Shown: positions 36,890-49,789 of the stretch, in pieces
How positions within the stretch are numbered: position 1 is the first letter of the stretch
Layout of the letters: every line of letters starts with the position of its first letter
Assembly (NCBI RefSeq): GCF_018977255.1
Contig: NW_024704743.1
Coordinates: 88,662,001-88,726,000 of the forward strand
Direction: 5' to 3'
From: Callorhinchus milii
Lineage: Eukaryota
Length of the DNA stretch: 64,000 nt
Made by a program: the position numbers and the translations under genes
The notes under the pieces: model-generated
Told to the model about the DNA's origin: nothing
Database searches by the model: none
What the model saw: the letters and a program-made list of their open reading frames with translations, nothing else

Positions 36890-37207
36890 GGCTCCTTTTT
36901 AAGAACTGTAGAAAAATGAACTCCTCCCCCTGGCTCGGCCCCGGGATCCTTTATTGTGAAGCCCTCTGAGACGCTGTCCGGCGTGGAGGGCGCTATATAA
37001 AGCCAAGTTGTTGTTGTTGTTGTTAAGACCCATGTCAAAACTGTTCTCTTCAACAGTACTTTCGATCATTCTCCTTCGCCCCCTGCCCTCCATCCTCCCC
37101 GATTCCGATTCCTAACTCGAGTCCAAAACACTGACTGTCCAGCGCCTTGGGACGACCTCCCAATATGAAAGGCGCCATACAAATGTAATTTTGTTGCTGT
37201 TGTTGTT
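36890..37207 (+). mobile_element. L2 3' fragment with a second-subfamily L2 tail nested at 36905-37022
   Basis: Nested tail CTCTGAGACGCTGTCCGGCGTGGAGGGCGCTATATAAGCCAAG(TTG)n flanked by TTAAGA at 36899-36904 and 37023-37028. Confidence 0.8.
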
Positions 37208-37259
37208 TACATACATATTTCTTGAGATTACAGTATAGTGCCTAATGATTGTGTATAAT

Positions 37260-37730
37260 AACAACAACATCAACAAGATTACATTTGTATAGTGCCTTTC
37301 ACGTCAGGAGGACGTCCCAAGGCGCTGGACAGTGTACAGGCATTTCAGACCCGAGCTGGGATCGGGGGGGAGAAGGGAGGGGAGGGGAAGGGGGTGGCCG
37401 ATGGCATGGTTGATGAGGAGAGTCTTGCGGCGGGACTTGAAGGAGGCTAAGGAGGGGGCGAGGCGGAGTGATTGGGGGATGGAATTCCAGAGGTTGGGGG
37501 CAGAGTAGCTGAAGGCTCTCCCACCAATGGTGGGGCAAGTGGGTCGGGGGATGTGGAGCAGGCCGGAGCCGGCTGAGCGGAGGGAACGGCGGGTTGGTAG
37601 GGGGTTAGGAGGTTGCAGAGGTAGAGTGGGGCGAGGCCATGGTGGGCTTTGTATGTGAGGACCAGGATATTGAACTGGATCCTCTGAAGGATAGGGAGCC
37701 AATGCAGTCGGGCGAGAGTGGGAGAGGACC
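37260..37730 (-). mobile_element. L2 3' fragment
   Basis: Encodes [38 protein letters not shown]; (CAA)n tail. Confidence 0.92.
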
Positions 37731-37933
37731 ACTCTCAGTTTCAGTTTGGTGCAGGAGAGGACCAATAATTGTAATAATTATTATAATAATAGTATATTTA
37801 GTTACACTAATATGCCTTATGTAGTTTTGTATGCTCTCCCTATTGACAGCATATTAATGAGGTGACTTTCAGATCAATTCTGCAACACATTGCAGATTGC
37901 GTGCAGATTTATGTTTTAGCAACAAGTGCTTTC

Positions 37934-37963
37934 TGCAGTTCTACACCATCACCAGAGGGCGGC
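37934..37963 (+). promoter_or_regulatory. Candidate CTCF site with upstream module
   Basis: TGCAGTTCT-ACACC-ATCACCAGAGGGCGGC: upstream TGCAG module, 5-bp spacer, then core. Confidence 0.5.
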
Positions 37964-38966
37964 GAGAGTCATATATTACAGCTGGAGACTTTCGTCAGCC
38001 CTTCCCATATTCCACTTGTCTCTGTTAAAATTTTTGGATGCGTAGTGTCATTATTTTCCCTTGCACCGCATGCATATTCTCAAAGCATTTTGAAATGAGT
38101 GACCAAATTATCTTTGATTGCTGTCTACCTACAGCAGCATTCTGTATTAAACATTACTTTATCTATGCTCTGCAGAAGGCCTTTAACATGTGAGATTTCT
38201 GTGAGCTATCACGGGATACATAAACGAGTCTGTCGATGAAATAGGTTCCAAAAGCCTGTCACTGTTTATCTCATGTGCACTTTCTATATAAAGGATAATT
38301 GATGGTTCAAAAAGTTTCTTAAAAGGTAATTTGCAACTCATTATTGCGATATTATGCCAGAGCTGAATAAACAGCCTCAATTAATTGCTGCAGTTATGTA
38401 CATACATTGTTCTATTTGCTGGAGATGTCCGAGGCATTCAGAACACTTCATATTGGGAACATGCAAACACACACACAATCACTGCACTATTGAGGACATT
38501 GCTGGAGAGGATCCTTTGGCAATCAAGTACATCTGTTTTCGAAAATCTGTAAGCAGTTCTACCTGCCATAGTTGGTATTAATCCAAAGAGCATGGTGACT
38601 TCAATGCGACTATACACAACATCTGGATCTAAAACTTTCACCCAGTCTTAACCATTAGTTCGCTTTGTCATAAAAATGTAAGGTCGTGCGGAATTGGGAA
38701 TAAATCTTAAATTCATTTTTAATTTGGAATCTGGTTCTTTAAAGAACAGCGCAAAAAAGCCACATTTGACTGATTTGGCCTGTTCAGTGCGGATTAAAAA
38801 GACATTAAAAGTTCTCTAGCATTTAACTGGACTAGTTATGCTTTAGGGGAAAGTTGCAGGGAGTACAGATAACTTTAGGTGACCTGAAAGAACTAGTGGC
38901 ATTTTTAAAAAATAAACAATTATTAGTTATAGAAGGAGGAACGTGAGCTGGTGTAAAATGTACAAG

Positions 38967-39115
38967 CTGATACTGGGGAATACTGTACAGGACAGTGTGT
39001 ACTGATACTGAGGAATACTATACAGGACAGTGTATATATTGATACTGGAGAATACTGTACAGGACAGTGTTATATTGCTACTGGGGAATACTGTACAGGA
39101 CAGTGATACTGGGAA
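38967..39115. repeat. Minisatellite, ~35-37-bp unit, ~4 copies
   Basis: TGATACTGGGGAATACTGTACAGGACAGTGT(ATATAT) repeated. Confidence 0.92.
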
Positions 39116-39810
39116 TTGAGACTAATGGTCTGATCAACAAATTGACAAATTAATGCATTAACTGCAGACTTGTCTGAAGGTGATCTGAAGCTCCTTCTCC
39201 TCTCATCAATAACAGGGTTTGTATCCCAGTTCAATTCATTCCCAGGCTGGTGATTTTCAAATCTATTTGTATTTGCAGTGCCAGTGATTCAGAGTGCGAG
39301 ACATTTACGATAGGCACTCAAACAAATGAATAAAGTTCAGTGCCTTTGGATCTTTCACTGTTCTGGGGGCCATTAAAGTATAAATGATTCCATTTCCCTG
39401 CATTTGTTTAGTTTGCATACGAAAGACTGTTGAATAAAGAAAGTATATTCAGTGGTCTGTGCCTGCGTTCCTCACACAAATGGTAACAACATTCTCCTTC
39501 GATCCTTAAACTTGCATATCCCATGTGATTCAATCACTGTGTTTAATGTTGGACTAAAAGTGCAATCTAGATTATTTTTGGTAAGCGAGGTTGTCCCCAT
39601 TCAACCCCCACTAAACCGAATGAAACCAATCGAGTTGCTCAAAAGGGAGCGCAAGTTGTCCCCAAAATCTGGGTCCCAAATCGTCAAAGGATGATGGAGA
39701 CCCAATTCCTTAATCACCACCACTTGAGCAAGTCAAGTGACCTGATCACCTCTCAGGCCTGATTAAGCTCGGCCTGAGCCTGAACCAAGGGCTCTAGGTA
39801 GATCTGTTCA

Positions 39811-40063
39811 AGGCAGGGCGAAACCTTGGGCAAGTTTCCTTACTCCACATGCCTGATAATAATCCCTCAAAACAAAATCAATAATAAATTGGTCATTTTC
39901 AATCCATGACTGTTTGTGGGACTGTGTGCAATTGGCTGCCGCGTTTTGCCCACAAATATACGGTCAATTCACTTTACAGTCTTTTCTGTGAAGTGCTTTG
40001 AGACGTTGGGAAGACGTGAAAAGCGCTTTATCTAATGCAAGGTTTATTATTATTTATTTATTA
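39811..40063 (+). mobile_element. SINE family A, short form, 5'-truncated
   Basis: Starts at AGGCAGGGCGAAACCTTGGGCAAG. Confidence 0.9.
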
Positions 40064-42282
40064 TCCATATTCCAGTTTCTCCTCTGCTCTTAGTGAGGGC
40101 AGATCAAACTCCCCAGATTGGGACACCTGCTATCCCGATCCCTGCCTGCACGGGGATGAGGGCTGGCATCCCTGTGCCCAGCTGCATCTTTCCCCCATGA
40201 CTAACAACTTTTATTTATATAGCACCCTTCACACGGTGAGGCTGAGAATGGATGACAGCTACACTGATCTGAGACCGCAAAGCCAGAGGTCACTGCCAGG
40301 AACTGCACAGTCCAAGGAGAACTGATCAAAATATGAACTACACCTGATCTTAGCCCAAAAGTTAAGAAACGATCATTAAAACTGTAATGTATACGTTCCA
40401 TAGCAAAGAGTATAATTGACAGTTCATCAGGAGAGGTTTTGCTGCAGGTCGGAATCTTTTACTGATCTCTGGAGTATTCTTATCTGCAATTCTCACCTGC
40501 GGTAGCTTCCTATGCAAATCTGAATCTTTAGTATAAACAGATTGCTGCAGTTTACCTCCCTCTGTTCTCATTTCCTTTAACTGCTTTCCTCCGTATTTCA
40601 CTTTTTGTTTAAACTGTTTCCACTTATTTTTACAAGCCCACTCTGCGCCATCACCTCCACAACACTACATTTGGCTTCTCGGTTGGGTGTGAAAATCAAA
40701 GGGTTCTGCTATACTAACAATTTGTTTACTGTTAACACAGCTACTGCATATGTTATTTGCAAATAATTTCATCATACGGGCAAGTTAACAATGCAGAGAT
40801 TGATTTTAAGTTGTTTTGTTGAAATCCAGGATTGACTCAGTATTAGCAAGAGCTAAAAAGGTGAGTGAACTAGATTATCATCATCCTAGGCTTTTTTTTT
40901 GCAAGATCTTAACTGCTTCTTCTGATTGCACAGTTCCACTTATCGTGTCACTTGCAAATGTAACTAACTTGCACTAAGTCTTTAGACACAGGTTATTAAT
41001 GTATACTAGGAGCAGGAGATGCTGCACGGACCCGTGAGGTGGGCACTCAATACCTCCCCTTACTTGAACTTACCTCTTCTAACAACTCCTTCAGGTTCCT
41101 TCTCTTCAGTCAGCAGCTTTTGGCTATTTGTGGGATGTATTAGTGTAAATGACTGCGATTTTTGCCAACAAAATCAATTACTATACTTGACAGTAATTGC
41201 TTGCAACACTTTGATGCGATACGATGCTGTAAGAAACCAAGTTCTTTCTTTCTCTGAGAACTAAAAAAACACAGCAAACTGATTGTGACCCAGTAGTTTA
41301 CAAAGCAGGAAAACCTGAGATAAAAAGTATATACATGAGATAAGAAAATATCAATCTGGATAATGCAGAGGTGATAACAGAATCAAGCACCTATGGAAAA
41401 TTCTGTGAGGTGGTTATCTCATTTTAATGCAATTTAGATATTTTCAGGATAAAAAACCTTCACAAAGAGCCAAAAAAGATTGCCAGCTGTTCTGTACATT
41501 TTGTTTCTAATGCATGTAACAATTGGGTAATAAAAGTACTTTCCACCAAGCTTTCACCTAACCCGCTGAATGCTTAACGCTGATCTAATATTTTACTAAC
41601 CTGGTAGTTCTAGGTAATTTTGAAACTAGTCACCCTTTAAAACTAGTCATCATACTCAACACTTATCATTGTTGAATTGCTTTGAAATGTGTAGACGTTA
41701 TTAAGTCCTGCAAAATTTCAAGTTCCTTTTTTTTCAGAATTCTATGATCAAAAATTAAAGTAGCAAATTAATCATAGTGTGAAGGAGATCCATTTAACAA
41801 ACAGTCTTCGGTTGCTTTGAAACACTCGGGAGATTCCCATGAGAGGCTGCCAGTGAGGTTGTCATGGTATTTTATATCTGCTGAAGGTTGGAATGAAATT
41901 AATTCACACTCAGTTGCCAACCCTCTGCTTTATTATTAATATGTTTTATTCTGCTGTTGAAACAAAGATGTTTAAATCTTCCCACAATGTTAAAATAGCA
42001 CACGACTCAGTGAAGTGTGTGACAGACTGCACATTTGACTTGAGGATATCCAACACCTTAATGGAGAAATAATCATTTTAATTGTGAAAATAACAGCAGT
42101 TTATGCCTTACGTGTAAACAACAGAAAAATAATTGTAAACTGATTACCTTACAATTCTTCCTGGTGGGGGAGAGAGCAGTTTTGTAAAACAAAGTTTTCC
42201 TTGCTATTATATTAAATAAAACAACAATGATGGCGGTCCCTATCACCAATAATGATTTGTTGCCTGGCTCATTTGGAAGCCT

Positions 42283-42730
42283 GTGTCAGCCTGGCTCAGT
42301 TGGAAGCATTCTTGCCTTATTCAGAAGGCAGTAGGTTCAATGTCTACACAGGGACTTCAAATTCATGAGGGCTAGCCTGTTACTCCAATACAGTCCTAAG
42401 GGTGCGCTGCACTATTGTAGATAGCCGTCCTTCAGGTTAGACATGGGACCGAGGTCCCATCTGCCTGTTCAGGTGGACCTTAAAGATCCCATGGCATTTC
42501 AAAATAAGAAAGGACTTTCTCCTAGTGCCCTGCCCAATAATCCTCAAATAAAATTGGACATTCACTCATGGCTGTTTGTGGGACATTACTGTGCAAAGTC
42601 GTTTGTGTGCAAATTGTCTGCTGCATTCACCTACAAAGTACACAATGACTATACTTTATAATGAATCCTGTGAAGTGCTTTAAGATGTCTCGACAACAAG
42701 ATAAGGTGCTATATCAAATGCAAGAATTAT
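42283..42730 (+). mobile_element. SINE family B, full length, diverged
   Basis: GTGTCAGCCTGGCTCAGTTGGAAGC...GGTTCAA...ACCGAGGTCCCATCTGCCTGTTCAGGTGGACCTTAAAGATCCCATGGCA, then tail. Confidence 0.88.
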
Positions 42731-42759
42731 AGAATTTAACAACTCAAAATACAAGGAGG

Positions 42760-45525
42760 TTATGAACTTTCTCTTGTCCAGAATTGAAAAGATGCATTCT
42801 GCTGCCTCTGCTTCCTCCACCTCTCCTTCCCACACCCTTCGTTGGCTCCTCACTCCCAACCTTTACACCTTTGACCTGTCTCCCCCTCATCCCTATCCTC
42901 TCACCTCTCACATGAAGCTTATCTGATTGACCCCATTCACGCACAGCTCCTCAGCTGCTACTTCTTAGCTCCCTACTCATTGACAACCCAGAATCTGATC
43001 TTTCTTCTGACATAGATTATTTTATCCTTCTCTCCATCTCCATGACATTGCCCACCTCCACTACTACCTCAGCCCCATACAGCTGAAATCCTGTGGAAGT
43101 ATTATTATTATTATCCTTATCCACAGTTTTATCACCTCTGAACTCACTTTTCCAAAACTTTTCCTCCCCAGTTTCTCCATTCACAATCTCTAGACTACCC
43201 AAATTTCTACAGCATGAATCCTCTTCTGCAGTTGTCTCTCTGTGGTCCCATCAAGCCCATCCTTACTCTTCTCCACTGGCTCCCTATTCCTCCTAAGGGA
43301 TCAACATTAAGATTCTTGTCCCTGTCCTCATATGCCACCATGGCCTTGCCCACCTCTGTGTTTTGCTGTGACCCTCCTTCCTTGGCTACACTTTCCCTTC
43401 TCCCTTTGGCCTGCTGGATATCCCCTACCTATTCTACAACAACAACAAGATTCCATTTATAAAGCGCCTTTCACGTCAGGAGGACGTCCCAAGGCGCTGC
43501 ACAGTTGGGTCAGGACCCGAGCAGGGGGGAAATGGTCAGGGTGAGGGGAGGGAAGGGAGGGAGCGAGGAGGGGGGAAATGGTCAGGGTGAGGGGAGGGAA
43601 GGGAGGGAGCGAGGAGGGGGAAGAGAGTCGAGAGGGGAGCTGAAGGCTCGGTCAAAGAGAAAGGTTTTGAGACCGGCCTTGAAGGAGGAAAGGGAGGAAG
43701 CAAGGCGAAGGCACTGGGGGATAGAGTTCCAGAGCCTGGGGGCTGAGAGGCTGAAGGCCCGACCACCGATGGTAGGGCGATTGGGGCGGGGGATGTGGAG
43801 CAGACCGGAGCCAGAGGAACGGAGGGTACGGGCGGGTAAGTAGGGGGATAGTAGATCAGAGAGGTAGGAGGGAGCAAGGCCATGAATGGCCTTGTAGGTG
43901 AGGATCTTGAATTCGATCCTCTGGGGGATGGGGAGCCAGTGGAGGCGAGTGAGGGTGGGAGTGATGTGGTCGCGAAGCCTGGTGCGGGACAGTACACGAG
44001 CTGCAGAGTTCTGAATGACCTGCAGCTTGTGGAGAGAGGTGGCGGGAAGGCCGGCGAGGAGAGAGTTCCCATAGTCCAGTCTTGAGGTGCCAAAGGCGTG
44101 GACCAGGGTTTCAGCTGCGTGAGGGGTGAGGTAGTGCCGTAGTCTGGCGATGTTCCGGAGGTGATGGAAGGCGGTGCCAGTTGTGGTGCGGATGTGAGGG
44201 AGAAAGGACAGCTCAGGGTCGAACAAAACGCCGAGGTTCCTGACTGGCTTTGAGAGGTGGAGAGTGCAGCCTTGGATGCTGATGGTGTCAGCGCCTGAGG
44301 TGCGGAGGCGCTGACGTGAGCCAATCAGGAGGGCCTCGGTTTTTCGCACGTTGAGCTGAAGAAAGTTGTCTCTCGTCCAGGACTCGATGTCGGACAGGCA
44401 GACTGTCAGGACATCGGTGGTCGTGGAGTTGAGAGTAGAGGAGGAAAGGTAGAGTTGGGTGTCATCCGCATACATGTGGAAGTTAACTCCATGTCTGCGG
44501 ATGATGTCACCGAGGGGGAGCATATAGAGGGTGAAGAGGAGGGGACCGAGGACAGAGCCCTGAGGGACACCACATGAGACAGTGCGGGGGGTGGAGGAGA
44601 AGCCATTTGTGGAGACAAAGTGAAGACGGTGAGAAAGGTACGACCTAAACCACTCAAGGACAGTGCCTTGAAGGTTGAGGTGGGAGGACAAGCGGTGGAG
44701 TAGGATAGCGTGGTCGACCGTATCGAATGCTGCCGATAGGTCGAGGAGGACGAGGAGGCAGAGGGAGCCCTGGTCACAGATGGTCAGGATATCATTGGTG
44801 ACCTTGACCAGGGCAGTTTCTGTGCTATGGGCAGCACGGAAACCTGACTGAAGGGGTTCGAAGAATGAATGGGTGGAAAGGAAAGAGCGCAGTTGGGAGG
44901 CGACAACTCTTTCCAGGACCTTGGAGAGAAAGGGGAGGTTGGAGATGGGCCGGTAGCTTGATAGCTGCGACGCATCAAGGGAGGGTTTTTTCAGGGTGGG
45001 CGTGATGGTGGCAGTTTTTAAGGGAATGGGGACAGAGCCAGAGGAGAGGGACAGGTTGACGATGTCGGTGATATGTGGGGCAAGAAAGTGGAGCTGGGAG
45101 ATAAGGAGTGGAGTGGGGATGGGGTCAAGGGAGCAGGTGGTTGGTTTCAGGGATAGGATGAGTTTGGTGACAGAGGGTGGGGAAACGGGTACAAAAGTGA
45201 GTAGGGGAGGATGGGTAGCAGTCGAAGTTTGGGAGTGAGGGGGTGGGGGGTTGGTGGATGTTGGAGGGGAAGTGACCGCGGAGCGAATTCCCTTGAATTC
45301 TACCTCACCATCAGCGGATTACTTTCAGCCAATTTGCTCCTATCCTCTGAAATGCTTTTCACAAATCCCTCCACATTAACCCATCCTGCTCAATTTACAA
45401 AACCTGTCTTAAAACCCTATCTGACTACACCTTCGACTACCTCGACCCTTCACCTTCTTCTTACCTCCTGCTCAGGAGATATTCTTCCTGAGGGACAGTG
45501 CTAGATAAATGTAATTTCTTGTTGT
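42760..45525 (+). mobile_element. Very old L2 remnant (42760-43437 and 45297-45525), split by a young L2
   Basis: Degenerate PILTLLHWLPIP..RFL on the left; LTISG..FS..LKPYL and a tail on the right. Confidence 0.6.
43438..45296 (-). mobile_element. Young L2-clade LINE, 5'-truncated, uninterrupted RT-containing frame 45294-43582
   Basis: [61 protein letters not shown]; flanked by a 7-bp duplication ATTCTAC (43431-43437, 45297-45303). Confidence 0.97.
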
Positions 45526-46873
45526 TTTTATTGTTTTCAAGGCACACCTCATTTTACTTAATAGGGGATATGAACTAAATCCTTCTATCCCAGAACCTTT
45601 ATTTTCTATATATTCTATTAAGCAAGCCTGTGACGTTACGAAATGTCACTATGCTCATCAATATGAATGGACCACCATGTACTGCAGGTGAAATAGTGGG
45701 TAAGTTAGATCATTGCTAGTTGTCAGTCACCACAGAGAACTTATTAGAATAATGCATTGTTATTTTTCTCTTTCAAATAATATACAATCAAATGCAAGGA
45801 TTATTATTTATATACATCTTCCAATAGTATAGCGATTCTTGCATTTGAGATAGCCCCTTTCATATCTGGAGGATATTGCAAAGTGTTTCACCTTTACTGT
45901 AAAGTATAGTGACTGTGCATTTTGTAGGTGAAAGCCTACATATAATTTTGAAGAAAGTGATTTTCTGTAAACTTCCCATTCAGACTATTAAGATAAATAT
46001 TTGGAACTACAGGATATATCTGTTTTTACTTTCAGAATATTCACTGAATGCAATAAAACATATAATCATATTTTTGGTGTAAAATGCTCCCAATATGTTG
46101 AAAGCATTAAAGTGCTGAAGTTTAAAAAAAATCTGGATTATGAACTCTAATATTCAGCAAACAATAAAACAGTGCTATATGTAGAAGGAATATTGTGTTT
46201 TGTGAAATATATATTAGAATTTCAAAATTATGGACAATCAGTATAACGAACAATAACTCTAAAAATAACAACAATTTCACAGCTGTGTTTTAAATATGTA
46301 CATCATCCCGTAGTGTCTCATTCATATCTCAATGGCTCACAAGGGATGGTTATTTTATCTGTCAGTAAAGACTGCAGTATTGATGATACTCTTTCCAATT
46401 GTCTCTTGATATTAGTGATATGGCTACGGGCACAACATCTGCTTCAAATATGTATTCTGCTGACATATAATCAGGTCATCAAAGTTCTTCCCTGTTTTAT
46501 TAAGCCTATTGCTTACAATTGATAATTATTCCCTTTAACTCCCTTTTGTGTTTCTATTGGAATAATGTCCCGTAAAGCATAAGGGGTATAAAAAATATGT
46601 GACCAGTAATGTGATAATTATCACTGGTGATATTATCATAATGTCAGAAGTTTGTCCTCCCGTTGATGACACAGTTGATCTCTGCTGATGTCTGGTGAAC
46701 ACACTCTGAAGCTGCAAAATCTAAATTTGATAATTGTTGTGCAAATCTCAACCCTTTGTGTGAAATGCTTTATGTGAAAAGGTTGATGGTTTGTAAGTAG
46801 ATTCTGCCTGGTTTAATGCAAGGTAAACCAATGATTTTCTCTAATGCTAAGTGCTTTACGGAGAGCAGAATAA

Positions 46874-47100
46874 ACAACAACAACAAATTACATTTGTTTA
46901 GCGCCTTTCACATCAGGAGGATGTCCCAAGGCGCTGGACAGTCAGGGAGCCGCACCTGAGCTCGTGATTAGAATCAGGAGGGGTGGAGGGCAGCGAGGGT
47001 AGGAGGGTAACCGAAGACATGGTCGAAGAGGAGAGTTTTGAGACTGGTCTTGGGTCTTGAAGGAGGCAAGCGAAGGGGCCTGTGGGATGGAGTGCAGAAG
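46874..47100 (-). mobile_element. L2 3' fragment
   Basis: (CAA)n followed by the reverse complement of the L2 tail. Confidence 0.88.
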
Positions 47101-48376
47101 GTTGTTTGTTCCTTCTAATGAAAGTAAACAAACCAGGCAAACACTGAAAGAATGTGGATTCACTGCCTTTATAAGGTGTCAACAAAACTAAGGCCATCTC
47201 AAGGACAATTCTCCTTCTTTTCAGATTAGAGCAGCTAGTTTGGAACAGGGATAGAGTTAAAATCTGAGATTTCACAAACTCATTTGTTGATTCAAATCTT
47301 TGAATTATAAATGTGTTCTCTACATCTCTCTCTCCAGTGAATGCTTCAGTCTGCATTGACATGGCACAATACAAAGGGTGAGATCTTCATTATGCTATGG
47401 GCCACTACTCTTGACCTTAGAATGCTGGAGATGAGATTATTTATGGCTCCCACTATGACAGCTATGATACAACCACATCAACCTTTAGCTTTCCACTGGT
47501 TGTAAAACCAGGCAGTGAAGCTTTATGTGCAATGGATAAATGCTTTCCAATTGAGTTTAATTCCATGTCCAAAATAGATGTTAGAAGCCAACATAGATGA
47601 GACCTGCTGATAGCCTAAGGCCACAAGGTAAGCCTCAGTGAGTTTGTGTTAAATCCGATAGGTATATTTGGCTAAACAGTAACAAACCAGTGAAATTAAA
47701 ACACGCTTGATAGTTTGATCTATTCTTCAGTTTTTTAAAGTGAAAGGCACTAATTCTGTCTTGACCAAAGTACACTTATAGAAGGAGCTCACAGGAACAA
47801 TACTGCAATGCTTGAAACCTGCTACCTATTAACCAGAGACTTGTGCTTGGCTGTATCTAATTACCTGAAACTTCCAAATCATACATTAAGCAAGGGTTCC
47901 TAAGAAATATTACAAATTACTGTGCAAAGTGTAACCGAGCATCATAAATGGGACTTCATCATTTTAAAAGCAAGTGAAAATATAAAAAGAATGAAAAACA
48001 AACCAAACAAAACTAGACTGTTACAAATGAAAAAGACACACACGCAATAAAGTCACCAACGTTCACAACAACATGTCATTCAATTCTGAAACCCAATGAT
48101 AACATAGGAACATCTAACAGTCCAAACAAACTTCTACAAAATCTATCTCCTGGACAATAATGGTGTAAAAGACACACCCAATAAGACTGGATAAAGTCAC
48201 TTAGCCTTTGGAACCAATGGCATCAAATTCTGGAATACAAACCAAAACAACTTTGATCATTCAGTTTGCAACAATTTCATATGAAAAAGAATTGTGCAAT
48301 TCCTGCAAGCCCAAATAATACTGATCATGGAAATACACACAGAGCAGAAAATAATATAGAAAATAAAGAATGACAA

Positions 48377-48795
48377 ATAATAATAAATAAATAATCCTTG
48401 CATTTGAAATAGTGCTAATAAGTCAAAGCATCTCACAGCAGTTTACAGTAATTATTGTTAAATGTAGTGTATTTCTAGTGAAAATGGTAATCAATTTACA
48501 CACAGAAATGTTCCACAAGTAGCTAGAAAGTGAATGGCCAATTTCTCTGGAGAATTGTTGGTTGGATACTGGGATAAATTCCCTTCTTTTTTTGAATGCT
48601 GTCACAGGTTCTTTCATGTCCAGTTGAACAGACCAAACAGATCTTGGTTTAACGACGCATTCAAAGGATAGCAACTCCAACAATTCAGCACTCCCCCAAC
48701 ACTATACCGAAGTAAGCTCAATGTTCATGACATGTAGCATGAACTCACAATCTACTGACCCAGAGACAAGAGTGCTACCAACAGAACCAGGCTAA
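48377..48795 (-). mobile_element. SINE family B, near full length, diverged
   Basis: Aligns with 32552-32970. Confidence 0.8.
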
Positions 48796-49082
48796 CTAAA
48801 GCAAATCTCAGCGCAGTCAAAACCTTTACCTGTTTGAATATTAATTGAAAGTACAAGATATAATGCTGTGAGGTCTCACACAATGTATTCAGGGATTGGA
48901 GCTAAGTTAACACCATGCATATAAAGTACAATGTTTAAAGTACCAAAGAGGGAACCAATTATAGTAATAGACAGCCATTGATAACTCAAATAACTCAAAT
49001 ATTTGAACAAGCTAGCTAATACTGTATTATGTGCACCAGTCACTTGTTTTACAACTGCTATGAGCCTTTGAGCACAAGCTTT

Positions 49083-49190
49083 GTGGAGAGAAATTCCACT
49101 CAGGTCTAGATTTATCCTATTTGTGAAGCATTTTAGAGTATGTAGAATTTTGTAAATTCTTAAAGACCATCTTGATTTTGGAGCTGTGAA
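49083..49190 (+). mobile_element. Partial copy of the TIR/MITE family
   Basis: GGAGAGAAATTCCACTCAGGTCTAGATTTA...GCATTTTAGAG..AGAATTT; a similar copy lies at 21103-21200. Confidence 0.6.
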
Positions 49191-49789
49191 TTATTTAAAA
49201 TTTGCCGCTGCATTTGCTCACAAAACACACAGTCACTGCACTTTAGAGTGTATCCTGGGAAATGCTTTGGGACATCCTTCTGATGTGACAGACACTGTAC
49301 TAAATGTAAAGATTATTATTAAACCATGACAAATCTATTGTGGGTGTCTCTTCACCGCACTATTGTAGGAGTGTCCTCTTGGTGCTCATGAGTTGGAATA
49401 AATCAAAGAGCAAAGGTAGTTTCACAAGGCAAGTGTCATTAAAAGAACGTTTAGTGACCAGACTGGTTTGGAATTAAACCAAGCACACCTGCTGCTGTTC
49501 TCTGTATATCAACCTAATAACATATAATTGAAAAGTTTCCGTCTTCCTAACACACAGATTAGCACACAATTACACAGCAGTGAAATGAACACTTTGGTGC
49601 AGGTTTTGTGTTGTCTGTAGTAATTACAGTGGTGATCTACAATGTTGCTGCATTAAAGTATTGAGTTGTATGACTTGAATGTGCGCTAGAAAATGTAAAG
49701 GAACAATTGTGTTTGCCTAATGATAGCAATCACAAGACTAACCACAAGCAAAATTGCATAATACCCACCTTACTGTGTTGCTTTTGCAG

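Noticed and set aside
38967..39115. CRISPR-like ~36-bp repeats
   Set aside because: Units are contiguous with no unique spacers, there are no cas genes, and the context is vertebrate.
43536..44324. Long Ser/Pro/Thr-rich ORFs (also 59234-60070) and Gly/Arg-rich antisense ORFs
   Set aside because: These are alternative frames of the C-rich L2 sequence, which is naturally poor in stop codons.
43582..44691. 369-aa reverse transcriptase ORF as a host gene, retron or DGR component
   Set aside because: It is a 5'-truncated L2 ORF2 with a TSD, a family 3' tail and many paralogues in this window.
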